Source of the DNA: Trichoplax adhaerens
Lineage: Eukaryota > Animalia > Placozoa
Direction: 5' to 3'
Assembly: GCF_000150275.1 (NCBI RefSeq)
Contig: NW_002060948.1
Location: 496,001 to 560,000, forward strand
Length of the DNA: 64,000 nt
Shown: one piece after another, positions 38,790 through 59,041 of the stretch
Position numbering within the stretch: the first letter of the stretch is position 1
How the letters are laid out: each line of letters begins with the position of its first letter
The notes under the pieces: model-generated
What the model saw: the letters and a program-made list of their open reading frames with translations, nothing else
What the model was told of the DNA's origin: nothing
Database searches by the model: none
Translations under genes and position numbers: made by a program

Positions 38790-41700
38790 ATGGATGCGGA
38801 AGAAATTATTAAAAATGTATTTTCCTTTCTTCGTACACCTATTTGGATGGTACCAGTGCTCACCTTTCTAGAGCAAAATTGTATACGTAAGTGATTCTCT
38901 ACGCCATTTATGATTGCCTTGTTTAAATTGCTTTCGAACGCTTTCTTACATCATTACTAACTCGAAACCGATGAAAAGAGAATAGAATTCTTGTCAGCTT
39001 TTTTCATGACTGTATTGATGGTTTTCCAACTCAGTCAAGAAGTGTTAAAATGACTTTTAAAATTGAATGTAAGAATGGGAAATTTCTCCCTCTACTTTGA
39101 TTGGAAAACATTCTTGGATGAATGGCGTTGTAATGTCCTATTTTACATTCACAAGATAGTTGTTCGCCATTTCGTCTTCTTTCTTAAAATAACTATTTAC
39201 TAACGCTTATACTGATTTTGCAATCATTTCCTAAAGGTAATGGAGACCTTTAGAATCATTATTGCCAACTATTTTATCCATATTTAACACTATTTAGATG
39301 GTACCTTTCAACTTCTTCCAGGCTTATTATGCATGACTTTTATCTTCATTTATAAATTCTAACTACAGTACAGGCGATAGACTTCTCTTGTCTTGCATCC
39401 CATCATCCTTTCTCACTATTTTATGCTCATTGGAAAATGATAGACGTTTTCTCTTCTTTTCGATATTTTTAGTTATCTTCGTTCTGTTTTAGTAGAGACG
39501 ATGACTATTTTTATCTAGTTATAGTGCCATAAGCTTTCATTATCCATTTTCTACGCTGTTTTATCAAAGATCGCTGGAGGCTTGTTGTACTGTCGTATCC
39601 TCCATCACTATCGTTTTATGTGATACGATAACTATTTCTACTTCTTATAATTCTACATTATTTCACAAAAATAGGATAGACACTCTTCGTTTTTATTACG
39701 ATAGGCAGTTTTCGTCTTGTAATAGGCTATTGATTTTTAGCCTTTATCTTGATTTTAAATCGTCTGTCGATGACGATGGACTCTTTTCGTCTTAGTCGTA
39801 TTTATTACGATTTTGCATGCCTTACAGAAAGGTAATAAACACCTTTCGTCTTGTAGAATATCTCCATGTGTCGTTTAATATCATGTTACATGGGAAGACG
39901 ATGAATATTTTTCATTTAGTAGAATAGCTCCATGTATCGTTTATTATTATCATGTTGCATCGGAAAACGATGAATATCTTTCGTCTTATAGCAGGATATT
40001 TCTTGACAGCTTTTCACAATCCACTTGCATCATCTAACGAAAGGTGATCAAGATAGTTGATTTTGTTGGATATTTCTACCCTTTATTTTATATCGTTTAA
40101 ACACAAATAAGATTGTTCTATAGGATATTTCTACCCTTCATTTTATATCGTTTGACGATCCTACAAGATTGTCTTACCGAATATTTCTACCCTTTATTTG
40201 TATCATTTGACGATTTCATAAGACTGTCTTATTGAATATTTTTACCCGTCACTTGTATCATTCTACAATTCCATAAGGCTATCTTACTGAATATTTCTAC
40301 TCGTCATTTGTATCATTTGGCGATACCACAAGACTGTCTTATTGAATATTTCTACTCATCATTTGTATCACTCTTATTCAATATTTCTACCCCAATTTGT
40401 ATCTTTGGATGACTCCATACAACTGTCTCACTGAATATTGCGGCCTTTCACTTTCATCATTTAACGATTGCAGAAGGCTGGTATGGTTGTCTTGTGGAAT
40501 ATTTCCACCCTTGATTTTATATCGATTGACAATCGGATAAGACCATTTGTTTTTTCTTGCAGATTTCTACACTTCATTAGTATTTCTTGACGATTCCATC
40601 AGACTGGTTGTCTTGTGAAATAGGTCTACCATTCATTTGTATCATTTGACAATTCCAAAACTGGAATACTTTTATCCCTTTCTTGTACCATAGGACGATT
40701 CCACAAGACTGTCTGTTTGTGAATACTTCTGCCCTTCATTTGTATCGTTGGACAATTCCATAGGACTGGCCATCTTGTGGAATAGTTCTACCTTTCATTT
40801 GTATCATTTAACGATTCTATAATTTTTTTATCTCACTTGACGATCAATAAAATTGTTTATCTTGTTGGACATTTCTACCCTTCATTTTCTATCCTTTAAC
40901 GCGAAACACGCTTGGTCTTGATGGCAGGATATTTGCGTCCTTCATCATTCCTTAGCATTGCCTGACAATAAGCCCCTATAGACATTCTTTGCCTATCGTC
41001 TAGCGATAAACCCCTTTCCTTATACTATCAGATATAGACGGATTTCTATCCTTGCATTTTCCATTCCTTACCGAAAAGCGACAGACTACTTTGGCCTCGC
41101 TTAGCACTACCCTTCCTTTGCCTTGATGGAAGGTTATTCATGCCTTGTAACCTTTTTCATAATTTTCAGTATTTTTCACACATGGATCCCTTTTGTCGTG
41201 TTGTAGGATACAATATCACTTGAACGATCATTTTTCTTTACTATTTTGTAAGACAAGAACACATTACATCTGTAGTCATTTTATACGATCATAATAAATA
41301 ATTATCGATTACTTGAAAAAGATGGCTTGCAATACTAGTCTGAAAGAGTTATTACCCATCTATTTCCTGCGAAAGGAAAATGAAGACAATAATAATAGCC
41401 ATCTTGAATTTCAGGTATTGTTATTATATCCCATTCGTTCTCATCATTGAAGGTAGAAAATCTCCTTGAACAATTCAACATGTTATGCTTAGAGTAACAT
41501 CTAGGATATTATTCTATCGCATAGAAGTTAATAGACAATTCCATTGATTTCCATGCCATACCCTAATTACTTCCCCCGTCCTCTGCAATCCACACTTTCC
41601 ATAAATAAAGTAGCAGAATAGACTAAGTATCGAGTAAAAGAAAGCGAATCTCTCCCTTCCTCTATAGAGATGAAAGCTTTGCCATTTCTTTACATCTATT

Positions 41701-44700
41701 TCTCATACCAGATATGGAATTCAATAAGTTGATGATATTCATGACGATATGAGAAACTCTTTTCAAAGACTATTTATCAAGCTAATTATATAATTATTGA
41801 ATCGAATGATTTGAAGGTGATTTTGATGGCGATATCGAGAAATTGTTTTTCACCTATTCCTCATCCTAAATATTCAATCACATGAATTGAAAATAATTTC
41901 TATGAGGAAATGGAGAAATTCTTTTCGTATAAATAAATTTTTATGACGAAATGGAGAATTCTTTTGAGATCATTTTGCAAGCTAAATACGAATAGTAATA
42001 AATCAAATGAAATTGAAAATGATTTTCACGACCATACCGCAAAATTTGTTTTACAAACTTCCCATATTCAACACAGAATCCAATGAATTGAAAATGATTT
42101 TCATGAAGAAATGGAGAAATTCTTTCCACATACCTTTCAATCTAAATATTAAATCAAATGAATTGAAATGACTTTCATGAAGAAATGGAGAAATTCATTC
42201 CTATTGCTAAATATCCAATTCAATGAATTAAATACGACTTTCATGGCGATATCGAGAAAATATTATATTTAGATACCTAACCCATTTCTCATGCTAAGTA
42301 TATCGAATTCAGTTCATTGAAAACAACTTTTATGGTGGTATTGAGAAATTGCTATCAGATAGCAGACCTACTGCATTTCTATTGCTAAATATCCGATTCA
42401 TTTTATGGCGATATTGAGAAATTGCTATCAGATAGTTGACTTATTTCTATTGCTAAATATGCAATCCATAAATTGAAGACGACTTTTATGGCGATATCGA
42501 GAAATTGCTTTCAAATAATTGACCTATTCCTATAGTTAATATATCCAATTCAGTGAAATGAAAGGCGACTCTCATGGCAACGACGAGAATTTATTTTCAG
42601 ATAGTTAAACTATTTCTATATGCTAAATATCCAATCCAATGAATTGAAGATAACTTGACGATGTCGAGAAATTCTTTTTCACTTTTATCTCGTGCTTAAT
42701 ATTGATCTATCGAAAATGACTTTCATGATAATATAGTAGAAATTGCACAACTACAACTCCGACACTAAAACGTTTTATTGATACATTCTAGTCTTTAATC
42801 CCACGGATGAAAACCAAGAACAATCCCATCTCGAATTACACAGTCGATACAAACATTTGGTAAGTTTCTTCTCTATTGACTTACGCCATAAATACACGCA
42901 AGAATTTACTTTCAATTACTTTCATTTACATTACGACAGTTGGACAAGTTTTGAATGTAATCCCTTGATCATATCAGGCTTAATCACATAGTTATCAATA
43001 TCTTGAAGAGAATATCTAATAGGATTCCTCAATCCAACAGTTGATAAAGTCTTCTATGCAATCTGTCATATTAAGATTATTCCTGAATCGAATAGTTAAA
43101 AAATCTTGATGGTAAATATCCTGGTCAAATCACGATGATTGCTTAATGTAGCAATAGCCAAAATCTTGAAGGCAAAGTCTAATGGGATTTCTCAATCCAA
43201 CAGTTAATAAAGCCTTGAATGCAATTTGTCTAGTTAAGATAATTCCTTAATCGAATAGTTGCAATATCCTACTCAAATCAAGATAGTGCCTTCAGCCAAC
43301 AGTTGCTAAAATCTTGACGGCGATAACTAATACGACAAATCAAATGATTCCACAATCGAATAGTTGATAACATCCAGAATGCAATTTGTCAAATGAAGAT
43401 ATTTCCTTCATCTAATAGTTAAAAAATTCATGACAATATCCCAGTCAAATGAAGATGATTTCTCAATCAAATAGTTGAAAGAGTCTTAAATACAATGTAC
43501 CAGTCAAATCAAGATGATTCCTTAATCCGGTAAATTGAAAAAGCCTTTAAGGCAATATCCGAAGTGTCAAATCAAAAGAATTTCTTAATTCAACAGTTGC
43601 AAAACTCTTAAATGCAATATCTAATGTGTCGAATGGAGATGATTCGCTCAAAGTCCGTTTTGGACGGGAGGGATTTGTAGTTTTTATTTGCCTTATTAAT
43701 ACGGTAGACCAATAGATGGACAGTAATAAATTATTCGATACAAGCTTATCCCTTATTAATTTGTACTCTTTCCATTCCATAGAGGAAAAAAATTTTTTAA
43801 ATAAATATGAATGGATATCTCTGCTATCTTCATAAAGCATATTAATCCGGTCTATTCCAAGCCTTCCCATCTTATAACAATCATAATATTGGCTACGGAA
43901 TAAATAAATTCAAAACCATCACCATTTTGTCTATTCCAAGATTCTCTACCTTACCATCATAATATCGATCGTATAAAATCTTCTAAAAGCATATCGATCC
44001 TGTTTACTCCAAGGCTTTCCATCTTACCACAATCATGATATCGGCTGTAGGATAATGAATACCTTTCAAAATCACCTCTATCGTGTCTATTCCAAGATTT
44101 TCTGTCTTACCATCATGATATTGATAGCAGAATACCTCTTAAAAGCATGTCGATCTTGTCTATTCCAGGACTTTTCATCTGACTACAATCATAATATTGA
44201 CTGTAGGATAAATGGGATCTTCTAAAAGCAATCCTGTCTAGTCTACAGTACAGTATAACTCGATTTTTTGCCTTCATGATATGAACTGTAGAATTGATGA
44301 AACTCTTATAAAAAGTATCTTGATCTTGTCTAGGTATCTTATATCATATCATTATTTTTTGAAAAGGTCGACGCACTACTAAAGAGCTTTTTGGAAGATA
44401 TCCATGTACAAGAAGAGCAATTTGTACAAGCGTGCAGCTCACCATTGGCACAAGCTAATATACCAAAGGTAATTGAGAAAGTTTAACCTAGGGAAATTCA
44501 ATTAGACTTCTTCCTAGTCATACCGCTAATATTGTCATATATACGAACCGCTAATAAAGAAATAGATAACCTGCCATGACTTGTTAGCAAGTTCTACTCT
44601 TTCATAGTAGCACATTATCTACCCTATTTACTTTCATTCCTAAGCAATTTCTTTATCCTTTGCTTTGAAAAATGCATCATGTACTTTTCTTTTTTCAACT

Positions 44701-47700
44701 ACCGTTTTCTTTCCTAAAACGACGATAGCATCGTAGATCGCTAGTCGATCTTTCTTTAGCCATTCTATAGCAGTCTTTCTTAACACTTGAAAGCAGTTGT
44801 CAAGTTTACGCGATAGATCGACAATGAAATAGAAATGAGTAATTATAGTTGAGAAATTATTATTATATTATGCGTATATTAACCAGTCTTCAATTGTGAG
44901 AATTGCAATTGTATGCAAGCACAACAAGGCTATCAACATTCATCAAGCAGCTAGTCTTGTATTCCTATTGAATTTCAAAGAGTAATATTGACTTGGAATT
45001 GAGTTGTTCTTTTCATCATCCTGCGTGTAATTAATAATTCAAAGTTAATTAACGCAGGTGTAATCTAATTTTTCCTAGAGCAACGATGAAAATTAGCACT
45101 AAATACCGATTTGATCATCTTATTTTAATCATCTTAGAGCTAAAAAATTAAAGATTATACTAATATGGTTACAATATAAAGCTTATTAACAGGAAAGTCG
45201 ACAAAAAATTCAGGATAAATGCTATTAATTGCCCTATAAATTTAAAAAAATAGAGATTACATTAATGTAGTTACGATATAAAGTTTGATAAAAGAAAAAG
45301 AAGGCAAAAATATTTAGGATAAATGTTATTAATCATCATATAATTAACAACTGGAGATAAATTGATTTAGTTGCAATTCAAATTTTACCAACAGGAATCA
45401 GTTAAAGCTAGAAATTTATATTAATAGTTACAGTTCAAGTTGCCAACAGAAAAGATGATGAAAAATTCTAGATTAATGTTACTAATTATGATATAATTAA
45501 AAAATTAAGAGTTTAGGTACTAGTATTAATATAGCTATAATTCAAATTTAACCATCAGCAAAGGAGGGTGATGATGACAAATTCAAGATAAATATTTAAG
45601 GCTAGAGATTGTGTTATTATGTATATAGTTACAAATCGAATTTTACCAACGAGAAGGATAATAAAAAATGAACAGTCATTTAAGCCTAGAGACTATACTA
45701 AATTACTATCCTAGAATTGAAAACTACAGATTGTATTAATGGAGTAGCAATTCAAATTTTACAAGCAATAAAATAATGAAAAATTAACGATAAATTTTAA
45801 TCATTGTAGACTTTAAAAACTAGAAATTATACAATATTAATAAGTCGCAGTTTCAAGTTTATAATTAGAAAGATGAAAAATATTAATCATCGTATAATTA
45901 TAGCTACAATTCAATTCTCGAAGAGAAATAAAACAAGTAAATGACAATGAATAATCTTAACGTGATGGAAATTAAACATTAATATTAGCTTCAATTCAAT
46001 TTTCACCAACAGGAGATGCTTCGACAAATCTGGGCTGCTGATAATTACGAAATATTTAAGCAAATAATGGTACAAAAAAATATTGAATTACAAGTTCAAG
46101 CACTGCGATTAATGCAACAACGTTTCGGACTTGGTCCACCTATAGCTTCTGACAATTTACCTGCATCAACTACCGAAGCTGCTTCTAGTCCATATGATCC
46201 TGAAGAAGATGTTAATGAGGAAGAAGTATTACTACGCCAAGTAATTCGTTTATCATTAGATGAATTTAGAAGATCGGAATCGGAAGACTACTCTACCGAA
46301 TTAGACGATGCCATTAAATCATCTAGGAAAGAAAGTGAAAGACTGCTTGAAGAAGCACGCCGAGAACAAGAAGAGTTAGAGAAAGCTTTATTACTGTCAA
46401 TGAAAAATTTTGTTAATGAAGATTCATCAGACTCGAATGCTTCCAAAAAATTGCCTGGATTGAATACTTCGCCGGCTAAAGTTAAACCAAGCAGTAAAGC
46501 TATTCCTCAAATTGTTAATACGGCTTCAGATTTGAGCCCAATCGACACTAAATCTCTTCCAAAACTGCAAGTAGGAAAAGTAAGTTATTGATGTCAATTG
46601 CGTCTAATACACGCATCGTATTGCTTAATTTAACAGAATAACTATATGTAAGTAGATTACTGTAAACGAAATGTCCATAGCTAATGCCGTACAGCATAAT
46701 AATTATCATGAATTTTTAAATGATGTCATGGAATATAATGAACTAATACCGCGTCAGAATTTACATAACCATTGGGGAGAAAATTCTCCTTTACACTCTA
46801 AATATGACCGAATAGACGATCTAGGGGTTAGGATACAACGGTTTAAATATTACATTTCGCATAATCTGCAAATGATAATATTTCTATAATAATCTAATGA
46901 TATCTGGTAAAATATTGGTATTTAAAAGGTAGTTTAGATATAAGAAGTTATCCATTTTAAAGATCATACAACCCTTTAAGTAAGATTTTAAGTAATTAAA
47001 TTAGCATAAAAGCGATGATGCTATCGATAGTTATATCCGCTAAAGTCGCCAAATGGTGGCATAATAGAATGTAACATCAAAATGATATTATATCATGCTA
47101 ATTAATATTTAGCTACTAAATACCAATACTTGAATTACATCTAATCGCTACGTAATATTTCTATGATAGTTTTATTACATGGAAAGTATCATTCTAGAAA
47201 GCTATACAGTAACTAACAAGTATCTCTCTTACTCTTGATTAAGATTTGAACCATTTAAGAGAATAAAAGACATTGCTTAACTTCATCCCCTGTATAAGAT
47301 ATGTACGATAGTTCAACAAAATTATATTGTTCTAATATCTTAGCCACTAAATTCCAATAATTTCTAATCGTTATGCAATGTTTTCGTAACAGTTGTATTA
47401 CGTAAAGCTACGCGGTCAACAAATATTTATTTTATTGTTAATTAAGTTGTTAGAATCAATCAAGAGAATAAATTATCCTTCTTTTTTTCCTGTTTTCAAA
47501 AGGCAACTGAACCAGATCGAAATACGGATGCCGGTGCACAATGGTTAGCTAATGCTAAAGCTGAAGCCCAATCTATGGATAAAAATAAGGACACCATCGC
47601 CGGTAGCGATGATGGTGATGACATTGGTAAGCGTCGTGATTATTTCGCTCTTCAAAGAGATCGATTAGTCGCTAAAAAGAAAGCTGAAAGAGAGAAAAAA

Positions 47701-47910
47701 TTAGATGAATTTACTAAAGACAGTAATGGAGGACAAGCGACACGACCTAAATCAGCGCGGGTTGCACGCCAAGCTATTTCTACTGGGAAAGTTACACAAA
47801 ATCAAGCAGCTAGCAATTCGAGTGTCAACAAGGATAATAACTTAGCTATGCGCGTTGCTCTAGCACAACGTTTGAAGAAAGAAGTCATTGATAAATCTTC
47901 TACCCAATAG
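38790..47910 (+). CDS. CFAP36: Cilia- and flagella-associated protein 36 (CCDC104/BARTL1), N-terminal BART domain
   Basis: Exons 38790-38886, 42792-42859, 44367-44468, 46013-46570 (or 46579), 47503-47910. FLRTPIWMVPVLTFLEQNC, HSRYKHLVDALLKSFL, QFVQACSSPLA, ADNYEIFKQIMVQKNIELQVQAL, QRDRLVAKKKAER and LAQRLKKEVI match the CFAP36 family. Confidence 0.9.
39880..40900. repeat. Degenerate ~50-58 bp satellite, CFAP36 intron 1
   Basis: About 15 or more copies of ATATTTCTACCCTTCATTTGTATCATTTGACGATTCCATAAGACTGTCTT. Confidence 0.8.
41700..42740. repeat. Degenerate ~60-80 bp satellite, CFAP36 intron 1
   Basis: Recurring GAATTGAAAATGATTTTCATG(G/A)CGATATCGAGAAATT...TATTGCTAAATATCCAAT. Confidence 0.75.
42960..43650. 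repeat. Degenerate ~55 bp satellite, CFAP36 intron 2
   Basis: Recurring CAATC(C/G)AA(C/T)AGTTG..AAA.TCTTGAA.GCAAT..CAAATCAAGATGATTCCTT. Confidence 0.75.
43830..44335. repeat. Degenerate ~65-80 bp satellite, CFAP36 intron 2
   Basis: Recurring AAAAGCAT..CGATC.TGTCTATTCCAAG..TTTCCATCTTAC.(ACA)ATCATRATAT.GRCTGTAG. Confidence 0.75.
45130..46012. repeat. Degenerate ~100 bp AT-rich satellite, CFAP36 intron 3, ending at the acceptor site
   Basis: Recurring TAGTT(A/G)CAATTCAAATTTTACCAACAG(G/A)A..GATGA..AAAATT...CTAGAGATT.T.TTAAT. Confidence 0.65.
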
Positions 47911-50900
47911 CTTTATTTATTTCTACCGTTATTCCTATGTATTCTTCTCTTAATGACTATCCACTTCATCTTCACAAATCTGACAAGTGACAATAAGATA
48001 ATAATAATTTATATGTAATCACTTCTATTCTATATTAAATATGTAAAAAGTTGATCATCTTGCCTTAACATATCTATCGCTACCTGATAAAGACGAATAT
48101 TGGATAATTAATTTAAAACTTTCAATTTTTTCATACATTCATAGTTTTCTATGCTCCTTTGTATTACAGCATTCCAATAAAAATGAACAGAGAGTTGAAG
48201 ATATCACTGTGATAGATATGAAATAGTGTGTATTATTGCATATAGCACCGGCAAGTTCATGATTTAAATCTGCTATAGAGGAATTTGTTGGAATACCTTA
48301 TTTTACCAATTTAAGAGCAATATGCTTATAAGGTGACACGGCTTCGGCATGATTTTATCAATATCTTTCCCCATCTTGTTTAACGCTTGCTCTTAATGTT
48401 TCAGTCAAGACTACATAGATTAGATTGCATAACAGCTTAATTACGCTATCATACCGTTATTCACGGTAGCACCGCAAATATTACAGACAGTGTTATCCAT
48501 GCTAATCGATCAATATATTCACTTGGGTGATTGTATACGCATAACATAACATACATACATTCCGTGTTGTCAAGCTAATAAGATTTTAACAATAGTTGAC
48601 AATTACAGCTTGTTATAGGCTAGAAATTTCCAAACTTGTAAATTGTATTAAGGTTTCTTTTACCTTTTATTATATATGTATAAGAAATTGGAATACCAAC
48701 CAGTTAGTGTTCCGATACTAGATTGAATTGGGATAAAGCAGAGTAAGACTTTCACCTGCTAGAAAATCACAATCTAGTGCATTATTAACTATCAGATTAA
48801 GCCTATAATAGGTTTGAAACTCTGAACTTGTCATACAAGTCATTTCAACTTTAATAATTAGCCAATTTAACGTACTATGATAGCGGGTAGCATTGAATTA
48901 TAAATATCCTGTTATCACATGATTTTATTTCAGAATAATTTAATTCGATCCTTTTATAAAACTTACTACTGCTGTAAAATAAGATAATATCTAATCATTA
49001 TTACAAGTGATATGGAATAAATGTGGCGTAGTGTATAGTCTTATGATACCGGATAGCTTGCTGCTATGTAGATTTACTCCAGGTCGATTTAATTCGATCA
49101 ATTCAAAAGCTTACTGGGTTAGTGATCGTAAAATAAGATCCAAATTATGATGGCAGTAGCGTAAGATAAATGTTAAAAGGTGATGTAGTTCAAGATACTC
49201 TAGCAAATTTTTTTAGCGACATCTACTATATGGTTAATCCGCGCTAAGTATTAAAAATTAAGAATGCCTGTAAATTGACGCTTTTTGCTAATTGCAATTA
49301 TTGCCATTTTCCGTAGTTATTTTAAACTAGTATATCTGAAACGAGTAGAAATAGAATCAAAGAACAAAGACAAGCATCATAAAGACTCTATGAGAGAAAA
49401 ATCGGCATACATCTTAAGCACAACATATGAGCGTACCCTAAAAATAGATTCATGGTACAAAGACAGGCGTAATACCATTTAAACCCCTTATGGGAAAGAA
49501 AGATCAGTATGACTTGATTTCAATATTTACATCACTTTGATTTAGATTATCATAATACAATAGCAAAGGCATAAGATAGTATTTTAACTAGATCGGAATG
49601 CAATAGGCATGTCATAATCATAATAATAATTAGGTATCAAAATGAATCGTCTATCCTATAACATCTGTATCTAGGAGAAAGTCAATTTTAACTAATTTTA
49701 TAATAGATCAAATTCTCTTTTAATTAATTATTTAATATTAGGCTGCCATGGTTGTAGTATACCAGTAACGCTTTGAAAAGTATAATATTGCGTAGTAATT
49801 TGAAAGAAAATTGAATATTATAGCTATTCTTATTTTACATTTACGTTTTTATTTAACTAAAGTTCAATTTAGATTGATAAGTTTCTCACGTTACGATTCT
49901 TGAATAACCTGCTGTTTTGAAAATATTATAATTATAACAAATAAATCAACAATTATATTATCAAGCAACAACGAAACAGTAAAGTGGATTTACATTGATT
50001 GCTGCCTATTTCCATTGTGGTCAATACATAGATATTGTATCGGATACAGTAAACATAGATGCATAATATTCATTAGATTTATATTTTAGACAAAAAACTA
50101 TCTATTATTCGGAGCTAAATTGTACTCTAAATATATTAAATATGTAATATTACTGCTTGATTAAATAAATTACGAAATCTATCTCTGCCAATCAAAAAAT
50201 GGACTAGTCAGAAAATATATTAAGTAATACAAGACAGTAACAAAGTAATTTTTCCTATTTCCAACAGAAACCAATACCCTATAACTTATTGAGTATTATA
50301 TTAGTAGCTGAGCTAACATATCAATTTAGATATTAAAATACTATAATGCTTTTATTAGTTATGAAATGAAGACTATATCATAATTTAATTAGGTGTATTG
50401 TTTTAGAAAGAAATTTACTTCTAATAGTCTCGACATACTATAAGAATCATATAGTATTTCTTATAAAAAATCAATAATATTAAAACTGCTTTTAAAATGT
50501 ATAGATACCGTATTATATTTTAACAAATTTATGAGGTTGATAATTCATATATCCGGTACACTTGAAAGAAGATCGTGTAATATTTTGTCGGAGGATATCA
50601 GTGTTGTCTAACTGTAAATACGTGTATTTAAAAATATGCCAATAAAGTCATACGATTTACAACTAGGTGATCTTTTCATAAATGTAATCCATTATTATCT
50701 AATCACTTAATAACGCAAAATAATACTTGTTTGCCAGATTTCAGAGAGTAAAGAAAATGTTTTGTCGCCAGTTGAATTTATTTATAACTATAGCAGTTGT
50801 TACTTAATGGTTCTATCGATAGGGTAACGTGTATTTCGTAGCAGGGATTCAAGGATTAAAAGATATTTATCCAAGTCAAAATTATCTTTAACTAGGATAG

Positions 50901-52681
50901 TTGTTAGTGATTTAATAATTTATATAATTAAATCAGTTCACAAGAATTGCCATTTAGCTAGTACAGTTATCTATTAAATTATGTTAATGACACACGGAAA
51001 TAATATTCGGCAACTAATGATATTAACCACGTGAATACGTATGCACTTGTTTATTCATTTTCTGATGCTCTAACCATATATACCATTGACACTAGCGTCT
51101 ATCATAAGTACCGTCATGGTCTTTTTTAATAGTCTATGGTACCGTAAATCAATTAAAATTATTATACATGCAATAATAGCTTTTATCGTGGTGTATAGTG
51201 TACAAGCGAGAAATTGCCAACACCAAAGATGAGTGAGTTCTATTGCTATCTTGAGACCTACAATAAAACTACTTCATTCAAACAATCTTAATTATCTTCG
51301 ACTACGATTAATATAATTAGTAGTGTTCCATACCCGATTGGTATTTTTGTTTGCAAATTTAATAAAAAAGAAATGATTTCCCCATTCTATTAATATTACT
51401 ATTATTAATGATAATTACCATCATCGCCAGTAAGCAAGGAGAGATATTATTCTTAAAATACGATTTGATAAAAATAGATAATTCTTGGCTCCGTAATTTA
51501 AAATCAGTAAAGTACCTAATAGAGACTTTATCCGGTTTTTATTTCTAGGCAATCCAAATTAAATTGGTATCGACTATTACAGTATTGATGTACATCGCTG
51601 TTAATAATTAGCTAACCGTAACATCCGTAAAACAAACATTTATAATTAAGTAGAAATATATCTAATGCCTATAGGCAAGTAAAAATGATTTTCCATTAAC
51701 TGGTAGGCAATATTTAATAGATGTAAACGTACTGCACATTTCAATGTACAGAAATGATCATACGGGTATAATACGTATCTAATAGCGTTATCATATCAGC
51801 ATATTTCAAATGATTAGGTTGTCCTATTCAGTGGAATACTTATAATTCCAACAGTCTACAGAGAAGGCATTAAAGACATTCAGCTAAGCAGCAAATAATA
51901 ACAACATTTCGTCAAGTAAAATTGTTCCAATAAGCCTGTCTTCCTTGACTATATTGACATATCATTGTTGCGACTGAGTCATTGACTTTATAGACTTAAA
52001 ATTTATAATATACAACAGAATAAGAAGTTTTTACCACCAATAAAAAAGGTTACAAGAAAACAACACCAGTTGATTATTTAGTGTTGTTTAAAATATCGTT
52101 AAAATTACAACTACTTCGTTCATTTACAGTGTGCGATGTCAACATTCATCAACCGAAAAGAAACGGCAAGATGCAAGAATTCAATGTCATTTTACAATCT
52201 AGTCAATTAACAGAATTGTAAATGCTATTTGCAGGTATTACATAAACTTACACTATTTACAGTAAAATATACTTTATATAACTTTCTCAAGTAAATGATA
52301 GGACCAATTTTTTGCAATTTTTAAAGATTCCTGAAATGAGATTTACAATTGATATAGAATTTAAATTTTTTCTTACATGGACAAGAAGAGACTTGCAGCG
52401 CCTAGCTTACTTTTCAATTACAATAACAAAATACGAAATAACTTACAAATTTTTAGGAACAGCTAACTACAAATGAATTTTACCATTCTTTTGTCATTAT
52501 AAACAGTTTCATAGACAAGCGACGATCATTATTATCCGGAATATACATAAAATTTTATGTGATATTTATACACAATAAACAAAACTGAAATAACCAAAGC
52601 AAAATGAGCAGGATTCGTTGTAAAAGTTGATCACTTCAAATATTTTGAATTCATTCATGTATGTTAAATTTTCATTCTAAA

Positions 52682-58750
<6,069 letters not shown>

Positions 58751-59041
58751 ACTTTGATGCCCACTCTCTACCTTTACCGTACAGATCGACTCTTTGCCAA
58801 ACACATCGTCTTCAATTGTAAATTAAAAAGCGCCAGTGGCCTCTTACAGTGCATATTGCACAGTACAAGAAGTATGGCTGTAAAATACACTCTACACTTG
58901 CACAATGCAACGCATTAGGCGCTCGTGGCCACCCGTACACTGTACAGGACAGTATAGTTACTGTTCGGTTATACGTCCACTAGAGCAGTACACGACACTA
59001 CAGTCGATTGTACTGTAGTGTAAATAACAAGTTCCATGTCA

